Positions 1 to 10,477 of a stretch of 64,000 bases of DNA are shown piece by piece. The position numbers and the translations under genes are program-made. The notes under the pieces were generated by a model that ran no database searches, was not told the origin of the DNA, and saw nothing but the letters and a program-made list of their open reading frames with translations. Origin of the DNA: Haplodiscus bocki (lineage: Eukaryota); NCBI GenBank assembly GCA_965655095.1, contig OZ296648.1, positions 27,404,001 through 27,468,000 of the forward strand. The letters are read 5' to 3'. Position 1 is the stretch's first letter. The number at the start of each line of letters is the position of its first letter.

Positions 1-2305
1 GTGCCGTGAAACTTCAAACAGCGACCAATTTCTTTCAAATACCTTTCCGGGTCAGTGAATTGCAAGTTTTTTCCTTTCTTTTTGGTTCAAAAATCACCTG
101 TAGTGAAAAAAACTCAAGATGGTCCCTCATGGAGGTTTTTGATTTTCTTTGTCATATTAGCAAAGCAAAGGCCTCTATAATTAACAATTTTGGAGTTCCT
201 CCGTGTATGCCTAACCTTCTAGTTTTTCTCAAGATCTCTCTGTGCTTAGAAATAGCCAGCTAGTTGGAAACTTGTTAAGGAAAATGAAAGTGGAAAATTT
301 CGAAACTAGTTTGTCCTAGCCTACAATAAAACCTTCATAACTATCTGAGTTATACCATCAAAGAGTGGAAAAGTTCTCCGAGACTGCATGTTGGGTACAG
401 TTTTTTGCTATGTATGTAACTGAAAAAAAACATTCGTAAAGCAAAAAGACAAAAGTTGCGAAAAAATGCTGTTTTCAGCAAAAAAAAACTTCCTTCTCAA
501 AACCCAAAAACTTCAGTTTTTTCAAAAAAATGGTATCGATTTTCCAATTCATTTGCTGGTAAAACCTTTATCAAGTCGAAGGTGAAAAGGTGATTTGAGG
601 TGAAAAGGGAGCGAAAAGTCGGCGAATATTGAAAAAAAGTTTTCACAATTCGGTAACCGATAGAGCAGTTTCGGGTAATAGCATAAAAGTTTTTTGGTCC
701 CCTGATAAAATCTTGGCAAGAATGGTTAGATAATAACTGAAATTTTTGCTTCAAAGGTATTTAGAAGGCAATCCACAAAGCAAAAAAGTGATTTTTGTTT
801 CCAAGAGAAGACGGTCAGTGAGAGCAATAGCAATATTGAGGCACTTTTTGCAGCGATGAGTTTCGAAAACGTATGGTCAGAGTAGGATAGCATATATTCT
901 CATTGTCGATACCTGCTAACTGTGTTTTTTCCTGGCTTTGGCTTGAGTCTTCCTACTATCCTTGATTGCTCATTGTGAAAAAAAGGGATCATTCTCAAAA
1001 AGTTGGTGAATTGCTAGGTCAAAAAGAAGCGGTCAAGTGACGTTCGATTTGAAATTTCATCAACTGCTTCAATCAACGAGCTTGGCGTCACTGGAAGTGG
1101 CATGTAAGAACGAATGGACCAAAAACCTGCTTCTTAACGGAAGAAATTCAATTACTGAAACTTTTTGAAGATTTTATTGCTGGCTGCAGTAGCAGTGCGA
1201 AATCTTAGTTACTGCATCTGGTAACATAGGCACCAAACGTAATATGAGCCGCTTCGGTTACACCGCTGTGTGCAGCAACCCAAGATTTTTGAGCGTTATT
1301 ACACAGTGGTTGCAACAACTGCGACTGTTTATCGGGTCACTGCCACCGTCTCTGCGATACTGCAAGTGAAAAGGTTAATGGTGATAGTAGTAAAAGTAGT
1401 GGTAATAATAGTAGTAGTAATAGCAGCAGCGGAAAATCTTTTGGGCTAGCCAAAATGATTTCACCCCGGAAGAGTGTTGTATTTTTCCTTGTCAAAATGT
1501 ATTGTCCAGATCTGCTCCTGTGGAAGCTTTGGAATACCTGTGGTGAAAAATTTTCAAGTTTCAGAAAAATTCGACGTTCGTTAGAGATGAGGATTTCATT
1601 TCGTCTGTGCTAACTGTACCAGTTACGAGCGCTTTAGCTTGAGTTTGAGGATGGCTTTGGCTGAATTTCAAACTTAAACAAAAATTTCGAACTTGTTCAG
1701 TGCAGTGCTTCATGAGTTTTTATCCTACCTGATGCAACTGCAGTCAAAACGTTTATTTGGAGAGCAATCGAACGGAATATCTGTGGAAGATCTGTATGAT
1801 CACTAACTTTAGCAGCATTGGGCTGACTCTTGATTACTAAGCGATCTACTGAGTAATAAAGTTTCGAAAGTAAGAAAGTCAACATCTTGTGACCAATTTA
1901 ACTGATTACGTAGTCAAAAAATGTTTTGGAAGGGCACATGGCAAAAAGATCAAAAATGAGCTATTCAGTGAGCCTTGAAACTCCAGACAGCGACCAATTT
2001 CTGTCAAAAACATTTCAGGGTCAGTGAATTGCAAGTTTTTTCCTTTGTTTTTGGTTCAGAAATCACCTGTAGGGAAAAAAACTCAAGATCAACTCTCATG
2101 GAGATTTTTGATTTTCTTTGCCATAATAGCAAAGCAAAGGCCTCTAAAATTAACATTTTTGGAGTTCCTCCGTGTATGCCTACCCTTCTAGCTTTTCTCA
2201 AGATCTCTCTGTGCTTAGAAATAGCCAGCTAGTTGGAAACTTGACGTGGAAAACGAAAGTAGAATATTTCGAAACTAGTTTGTCCTAGCCTACAATAAAA
2301 CCTTC

Positions 2306-2497
2306 TGTTGTGATCTTTAATACTCGACCGATAACCAGAGATAGGTAACCTCGAAGGAAACAATTACTTGCAAAGATTCAACTCACCTTATATGTATTTA
2401 TATATATTACTGGCACGAACATGTCACCGAAAACAAAAACAAACAACACTTTATATGTGATCAACCGTATCAACTAATAATAGATATAGTCACCACA
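2306..2497 (-). repeat. 3' LTR of gypsy element (LTR1)
   Basis: TGTTG...CCACA termini. Preceded on the minus strand by the PPT AAAAGAAAGAGGGCGAG (2498-2514). ATTAAA poly(A)-type signal 10 nt from the LTR end. Confidence 0.95.
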
Positions 2498-5400
2498 CTC
2501 GCCCTCTTTCTTTTGTCTTGTACGCTCGCTTCGTCGTAGTGGACGGTCAGGAATGTTTGATTGGCATGAATGCGTCTTAGCCTCGAACGGCGAAGAAGGC
2601 AACGGTTGAATACGCTCAATCTGGCTGGTATTCGGAAGTTGCAAGGTTTCTGATTCATCGATTGTCGAAAGGCTACTAGGCCCCGGAACGTCAACAGCTC
2701 TCTTCGTGACATCCGGTACTGAAGAGTCAGCATCATCAGGTACCAGTACGTCCTTCCCAGACCCTGATCTTCCATCTGTACTCTCAGCAGTAGTTCCTCT
2801 CGCGACATATTTCGTATTCACAGTATCCACGGTGTTCTTGTCCGTATATGCCACTACAGCATGGTGAGGTGACAATACTTTGACAACTCTAGCTGGTTGT
2901 ACCAACGGATCGTCCTTAGAAGTCTTGTTGAAGTTCTTCACGTATATCGGCTCGCCAGCTCTCATCCAGGCGGGCGTCAATGTAGGGCTCAAACGAGTAG
3001 TCATCTGTTCTTTCTGCAGATCGAGTGATGATCTCCTGCTGAATCCAAAGAATCGATTATGAGGTGACTCGAAACCTATAGCACGACTTCCTAATGAACG
3101 AATGTTCATCAATGCTGCTAGTAACTCTTCATCCCATAATCCAATCGGCTTGCTAGACTGTTTTAGACGTAGCTGCACAGTTCTCCAAATGATACCATTG
3201 ACACGCTCACATTGACCATTTCCGGCTGGGTTGTACGGGGTTGTTCGAGTCTTCCGGACGTTCCACCGTTCCAGAAAAGATCTGAAGTCGTGACTCTCGA
3301 ATACACTACCGCGGTCAGAGTGCACTGATTCAGGTGGACCGAATAAGATGAACAACTGGTTTAACACTTTGATCGTATTAGCCGTAGTTGCTTCTTTCAT
3401 AGCAAAGGCAAAAGGGAATCGTGAGAATTCGTCGACGACCGTCAAGAAATGACAGTTTCCACCTTTCAATGGCTTCTTAGGGCCGACAAAATCGATGGAA
3501 ATCCTTTCCCATGGAGTAGACGACGTCACTAGATGATTTACCGGTGGACGGTGAAATCGTGGCTTCAGCTCTAAACACACTTGGCACTTCTCAATGTGTT
3601 CTTTCACCTTTGACTGTAAACCTGGAATATAAGCAATCCGCTGGATGAACCTCACTGTTCGGGCAATCCCAGGATGACCCATCTTATCATGAACTTGGGA
3701 TAAAATATAGTCAATGTTTCCCGAAATAAATGGTTTCTCTAAGTCTGCATCGGCATAGGCGCATACACGGCTCATGGCATCCGCAACGGTATTCAACCTT
3801 CCTGCTCGATATTGTATATCAAAAGTATATTCCGATAAAGCAATCCTCCAGCGGCAGAGTTTGCTGTTCTTGATAGAGGACTTTGGCCTGCTATCGAAGA
3901 GGTATGAAACTCCCTGCTGGTCTGTAATAATTGTAAATTTCGACCCCAGAAGATTTTGCCTGCATTTCTGTGTGCACCAGACTATAGCGTATGCCTCCTT
4001 CTTGATGGCAGACCAATGCTTCTCTTGGTCGGATAGTTTGTGAGATACAAACGCAACAGGCCTACCCTCCTGGGAGAGAACTCCTCCGAGTGCTGTACCA
4101 GAAGCATCGGTTTCCAAGATGAACGGTTTTTGTCTATCCGGTATCCAGAGGATCGCTTTCGCAACTGCCTTCTTGATGTCATCTATGCAATCAAGAGCGT
4201 CTTTCTGCAACGGCAACGGCCATCCCTTTTGGCAATAATAGAGGTTCTGCAAATTTCGAAAACTTTGGAATCCACTTCGAATAATAGACACTAAGGCCGA
4301 CAAACCTTTCTAGTTCCTTCATGGTCGAAGGGGTTGGAAAATTTAGCAATGGCTCCCAGCGCGAACTGTCGGGACTGACCGTGCCCTGTGAAAGTGGTGT
4401 CCTAGAAACTTTAGGTCCTGTGTATTGAATTTGCACTTGGCCTTGTTCAGCACCAAGCCGAACTCTTTCGCTCTTGCTATGAACGCTTGTAAATTAGTGT
4501 CGTGCTCGGCTTTCGTCGTGCCTCCAACGACCACGTCATCGATGTCAGCTACAACACCGACCAAACCATCGATTATTCTGTCGATGGTTCTTTGGAAAGC
4601 AGGAACTCCATTCGTAACTCCAAACGCAAGGCGCGTAAACTGGTAAAGTTTCCCATTAGCTTCGAATGCCGTTAATGGCTGCTCCGCCTTCCGCAAACGC
4701 AACTGGTGGTGTGCGGATTTCAAATCAATGTATGAGTACCACTTCCAATTGCTAACCCTTGAAAGCAACTCGTCTATTACAGGAATCGGATAACCATCCG
4801 GGATAGTAAACCGATTTATAGTTGAATCGTAATCAATGCAAAGTCTCTTCTTGTGGTTAGCAGTCGTGCTAATAACCACCTGTGAGCGCCAAGGGGACTG
4901 GGATTCTTCAATAATCCCGCTTTCAGCAACTTCGATATCTCGTCTGCAATAAACAGCTTGTCTGACTCCGTCCTGAATCTGGAAGGGCAACGGACAGGAA
5001 CTGCGTCCTCCGTCAAAGTAATAATCGGGAATGGGTCAATTTTCACGAAACCAGCTGTCTCATCAGAAGACGAGTCACTACATTGACTAGCCACAATCAG
5101 AGGCGGTGCCAACCCTCCATAGTTTATCGTAAGTGACTGAATTTTCGCCAGGGCTGAGGACCAAAGGATAGCTGAGTCGCATAGCTGCTCGGCGACCAAT
5201 ACCACTTCGGAAAACGTAGTTTCCTCGACACTCATGCGAACCTTCGCTCTCTCAATGATCGCGAGTCCATTGTTCGACACTGATCTAACTTGGGATCCCT
5301 GTACCGGCTTGTATGGTATCTGCTGCTCCTTGGCAAATTTCTTGTCAACCACAGAGATGTCACTGCCGCAATCAAGCAACCATGGCTTTTGAGTACCCTT

Positions 5401-6273
5401 GATTAACACGTTCACGAATCTGCGTTCCCGCCGTTTGAAGGATAAACCCGCCACAACGTGTGAATCGTCGGATTGTCCAGCTACAGCAGCAACGTTCTTT
5501 GTAGACATGCATACAGCTTTTAGGTGACCCACACGCCCACACTTGTGGCATTTTCTTTCCTTTGCGGGACAATCAGCTTTGCCATGCAAGGTAGACGATC
5601 CGCACCAGTGACAACGACGTGTGCCACCAGATGATCCTTCCTTCTTAGCGAACTTGGATAAACCCGGTCGGTGTTTGTTGGCAGCTACAACAACTACCTC
5701 CACAGGTCCACTGGATTGCTGGGCGGCTTCCTCCACTTCCGCTGCCGAAACTGCATCGTCCAATGTAAATGCTTGTCCTTTCTGATTAGCTGCTGCGAAT
5801 CCTTTGCAAACGGCTCGTTTGGTTGTGTCTGTTTGCAGTCCTTGGCAAAAGGCGTCGCGAAGGGCCTCGTCGGAAAATGCGTTTGGAAAGTTGCAGAATT
5901 TCGCAATTTGTCGTAATTCGCTGAGAAAGTCATTCAGCGACTGGTTAGATTTCTGCTTTGTAGAATAAAGTTTCATTCTCTCGGATAAAATATTTCTGCC
6001 AGCAGAGAACTTCGATGTAACAAACTCCACGGCACCTGAATATTCGGTAATCCAAGCGTCTGTCTGCGCTTGAGTCAGGTCCGGCCATGTAACTTCGTTG
6101 TAAAACTTGGCTGCTTTGTTGCCTGCACATAGCAAGAACAAGTCCAGCGTGTCGTTGTCATTGGGCTTCGTAACTTTGATATATCGCTTGAATTGAGATA
6201 ACCAAAGATTGTAAGATTCCAAGTCGCCACCGTCGAATGTTGGAGCTTGGAGAGAAAATTTCGCCGACATCAT
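2474..6273 (-). pseudogene. Frameshifted gag-pol polyprotein, copy 1 (gag with two Cys/His knuckles, aspartic protease, RT, RNase H, integrase)
   Basis: Gag CHWCG...HGKADCPAKERKCHKCGRVGHLKAVC; protease WLLDCGSDIS; RT SPWRS, RLCIDY, IDLKSAHHQ, RLAFGVTNGVPAFQR, with DIDD in place of YxDD; RNase H ETDAS...ADAMSR; integrase H-H-C-C plus SIDF/SDRG/CERVN. Frameshifts near 4925, 4392 and 4238 split it into ORFs 4816-6273, 4343-4990, 4191-4436 and 2474-4303. Confidence 0.93.
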
Positions 6274-6279
6274 GAAAAC

Positions 6280-6293
6280 GTTCGTGCCAGTAA
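6280..6293 (-). promoter_or_regulatory. Primer-binding site complementary to the element's own LTR (also at 10270-10283)
   Basis: Minus strand reads LTR...CAACA-GT-TTACTGGCACGAAC. The exact complement lies in the LTR at 6397-6410 (also 2407-2420; one mismatch at 10387-10400). Confidence 0.8.
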
Positions 6294-6295
6294 AC

Positions 6296-6487
6296 TGTTG
6301 TGATCTTTATTACTCGAACGATAACCAGAGATAGGTAACCTCGAAGGAAACAATTACTTGCAAAGATTCAACTCACCATATATGTATTTATATATATTAC
6401 TGGCACGAACATGTCACCGAAAACAAAAACAAACAACACTTTATATGTGATCAACCGTATCAACTAATAATAGATATAGTCACCACA
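6296..6487 (-). repeat. Shared middle LTR (LTR2), recombinant of LTR1 and LTR3
   Basis: Left part matches LTR3 at 3 diagnostic sites; right part matches LTR1 at 5 diagnostic sites. Confidence 0.95.
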
Positions 6488-9400
6488 CTCGCCCTCTTTC
6501 TTTTGTCTTGTACGCTCGCTTCGTCGTAGTGGACGGTCAGGAATGTTTGATTGGCATGAATGCGTCTTAGCCTCGAACGGCGAAGAAGGCAACGGTTGAA
6601 TACGCTCAATCTGGCTGGTATTCGGAAGTTGCAAGGTTTCTGATTCATCGATTGTCGAAAGGCTACTAGGCCCCGGAACGTCAACAGCTCTCTTCGTGAC
6701 ATCCGGTACTGAAGAGTCAGCATCATCAGGTACCAGTACGTCCTTCCCAGACCCTGATCTTCCATCTGTACTCTCAGCAGTAGTTCCTCTCGCGACATAT
6801 TTCGTATTCACAGTATCCACGGTGTTCTTGTCCGTATATGCCACTACAGCATGGTGAGGTGACAATACTTTGACAACTCTAGCTGGTTGTACCAACGGAT
6901 CGTCCTTAGAAGTCTTGTTGAAGTTCTTCACGTATATCGGCTCGCCAGCTCTCATCCAGGCGGGCGTCAATGTAGGGCTCAAACGAGTAGTCATCTGTTC
7001 TTTCTGCAGATCGAGTGATGATCTCCTGCTGAATCCAAAGAATCGATTATGAGGTGACTCGAAACCTATAGCACGACTTCCTAATGAACGAATGTTCATC
7101 AATGCTGCTAGTAACTCTTCATCCCATAATCCAATCGGCTTGCTAGACTGTTTTAGACGTAGCTGCACAGTTCTCCAAATGATACCATTGACACGCTCAC
7201 ATTGACCATTTCCGGCTGGGTTGTACGGGGTTGTTCGAGTCTTCCGGACGTTCCACCGTTCCAGAAAAGATCTGAAGTCGTGACTCTCGAATACACTACC
7301 GCGGTCAGAGTGCACTGATTCAGGTGGACCGAATAAGATGAACAACTGGTTTAACACTTTGATCGTATTAGCCGTAGTTGCTTCTTTCATAGCAAAGGCA
7401 AAAGGGAATCGTGAGAATTCGTCGACGACCGTCAAGAAATGACAGTTTCCACCTTTCAATGGCTTCTTAGGGCCGACAAAATCGATGGAAATCCTTTCCC
7501 ATGGAGTAGACGACGTCACTAGATGATTTACCGGTGGACGGTGAAATCGTGGCTTCAGCTCTAAACACACTTGGCACTTCTCAATGTGTTCTTTCACCTT
7601 TGACTGTAAACCTGGAATATAAGCAATCCGCTGGATGAACCTCACTGTTCGGGCAATCCCAGGATGACCCATCTTATCATGAACTTGGGATAAAATATAG
7701 TCAATGTTTCCCGAAATAAATGGTTTCTCTAAGTCTGCATCGGCATAGGCGCATACACGGCTCATGGCATCCGCAACGGTATTCAACCTTCCTGCTCGAT
7801 ATTGTATATCAAAAGTATATTCCGATAAAGCAATCCTCCAGCGGCAGAGTTTGCTGTTCTTGATAGAGGACTTTGGCCTGCTATCGAAGAGGTATGAAAC
7901 TCCCTGCTGGTCTGTAATAATTGTAAATTTCGACCCCAGAAGATTTTGCCTGCATTTCTGTGTGCACCAGACTATAGCGTATGCCTCCTTCTTGATGGCA
8001 GACCAATGCTTCTCTTGGTCGGATAGTTTGTGAGATACAAACGCAACAGGCCTACCCTCCTGGGAGAGAACTCCTCCGAGTGCTGTACCAGAAGCATCGG
8101 TTTCCAAGATGAACGGTTTTTGTCTATCCGGTATCCAGAGGATCGCTTTCGCAACTGCCTTCTTGATGTCATCTATGCAATCAAGAGCGTCTTTCTGCAA
8201 CGGCAACGGCCATCCCTTTTGGCAATAATAGAGGTTCTGCAAATTTCGAAAACTTTGGAATCCACTTCGAATAATAGACACTAAGGCCGACAAACCTTTC
8301 TAGTTCCTTCATGGTCGAAGGGGTTGGAAAATTTAGCAATGGCTCCCAGCGCGAACTGTCGGGACTGACCGTGCCCTGTGAAAGTGGTGTCCTAGAAACT
8401 TTAGGTCCTGTGTATTGAATTTGCACTTGGCCTTGTTCAGCACCAAGCCGAACTCTTTCGCTCTTGCTATGAACGCTTGTAAATTAGTGTCGTGCTCGGC
8501 TTTCGTCGTGCCTCCAACGACCACGTCATCGATGTCAGCTACAACACCGACCAAACCATCGATTATTCTGTCGATGGTTCTTTGGAAAGCAGGAACTCCA
8601 TTCGTAACTCCAAACGCAAGGCGCGTAAACTGGTAAAGTTTCCCATTAGCTTCGAATGCCGTTAATGGCTGCTCCGCCTTCCGCAAACGCAACTGGTGGT
8701 GTGCGGATTTCAAATCAATGTATGAGTACCACTTCCAATTGCTAACCCTTGAAAGCAACTCGTCTATTACAGGAATCGGATAACCATCCGGGATAGTAAA
8801 CCGATTTATAGTTGAATCGTAATCAATGCAAAGTCTCTTCTTGTGGTTAGCAGTCGTGCTAATAACCACCTGTGAGCGCCAAGGGGACTGGGATTCTTCA
8901 ATAATCCCGCTTTCAGCAACTTCGATATCTCGTCTGCAATAAACAGCTTGTCTGACTCCGTCCTGAATCTGGAAGGGCAACGGACAGGAACTGCGTCCTC
9001 CGTCAAAGTAATAATCGGGAATGGGTCAATTTTCACGAAACCAGCTGTCTCATCAGAAGACGAGTCACTACATTGACTAGCCACAATCAGAGGCGGTGCC
9101 AACCCTCCATAGTTTATCGTAAGTGACTGAATTTTCGCCAGGGCTGAGGACCAAAGGATAGCTGAGTCGCATAGCTGCTCGGCGACCAATACCACTTCGG
9201 AAAACGTAGTTTCCTCGACACTCATGCGAACCTTCGCTCTCTCAATGATCGCGAGTCCATTGTTCGACACTGATCTAACTTGGGATCCCTGTACCGGCTT
9301 GTATGGTATCTGCTGCTCCTTGGCAAATTTCTTGTCAACCACAGAGATGTCACTGCCGCAATCAAGCAACCATGGCTTTTGAGTACCCTTGATTAACACG

Positions 9401-10263
9401 TTCACGAATCTGCGTTCCCGCCGTTTGAAGGATAAACCCGCCACAACGTGTGAATCGTCGGATTGTCCAGCTACAGCAGCAACGTTCTTTGTAGACATGC
9501 ATACAGCTTTTAGGTGACCCACACGCCCACACTTGTGGCATTTTCTTTCCTTTGCGGGACAATCAGCTTTGCCATGCAAGGTAGACGATCCGCACCAGTG
9601 ACAACGACGTGTGCCACCAGATGATCCTTCCTTCTTAGCGAACTTGGATAAACCCGGTCGGTGTTTGTTGGCAGCTACAACAACTACCTCCACAGGTCCA
9701 CTGGATTGCTGGGCGGCTTCCTCCACTTCCGCTGCCGAAACTGCATCGTCCAATGTAAATGCTTGTCCTTTCTGATTAGCTGCTGCGAATCCTTTGCAAA
9801 CGGCTCGTTTGGTTGTGTCTGTTTGCAGTCCTTGGCAAAAGGCGTCGCGAAGGGCCTCGTCGGAAAATGCGTTTGGAAAGTTGCAGAATTTCGCAATTTG
9901 TCGTAATTCGCTGAGAAAGTCATTCAGCGACTGGTTAGATTTCTGCTTTGTAGAATAAAGTTTCATTCTCTCGGATAAAATATTTCTGCCAGCAGAGAAC
10001 TTCGATGTAACAAACTCCACGGCACCTGAATATTCGGTAATCCAAGCGTCTGTCTGCGCTTGAGTCAGGTCCGGCCATGTAACTTCGTTGTAAAACTTGG
10101 CTGCTTTGTTGCCTGCACATAGCAAGAACAAGTCCAGCGTGTCGTTGTCATTGGGCTTCGTAACTTTGATATATCGCTTGAATTGAGATAACCAAAGATT
10201 GTAAGATTCCAAGTCGCCACCGTCGAATGTTGGAGCTTGGAGAGAAAATTTCGCCGACATCAT
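6464..10263 (-). pseudogene. Frameshifted gag-pol polyprotein, copy 2 (identical translations to copy 1)
   Basis: ORFs 8806-10263, 8333-8980, 8181-8426 and 6464-8293 are exact +3990 translations of copy 1, with the same frameshifts and DIDD motif. Confidence 0.93.
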
Positions 10264-10285
10264 GAAAACGTTCGTGCCAGTAAAC

Positions 10286-10477
10286 TGTTGTGATCTTTAT
10301 TACTCGAACGATAACCAGAGATAGGTAACCTCGAAGGAAACAATTACTTGCAAAGATTCAACTCACCATATATGTATTTATATATATTACTGGCACGAGC
10401 ATGTCACTGAAAACAAAAACAAACGACACTTTATATATGATCAACCGTATCAACTAATAACAGATATAGTCACCACA
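10286..10477 (-). repeat. 5' LTR of gypsy element (LTR3)
   Basis: TGTTG...CCACA termini followed by the CCTTC TSD. 8 substitutions relative to LTR1 over 192 bp. Confidence 0.95.

Larger units (their letters stand above)
2306..10477 (-). mobile_element. Ty3/gypsy LTR retrotransposon (Mag-like gag), tandem dimer sharing a middle LTR; 4,182-bp monomer, 3,990-bp period
   Basis: Three 192-bp TG...CA LTRs (2306-2497, 6296-6487, 10286-10477). CCTTC target-site duplication at 2301-2305 and 10478-10482; uninterrupted unit 1 has a single CCTTC at this site. Domain order gag-PR-RT-RH-IN. Polypurine tract adjacent to the 3' LTR. The two internal regions give identical ORF translations. Confidence 0.97.

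Noticed and set aside
2470-10120. Small overlapping and antisense ORFs inside the gypsy copies (e.g. 2470-2808, 2880-3062, 4040-4294, 5671-5916)
   Set aside because: Alternative-frame or shadow ORFs of gag-pol with no independent motifs.
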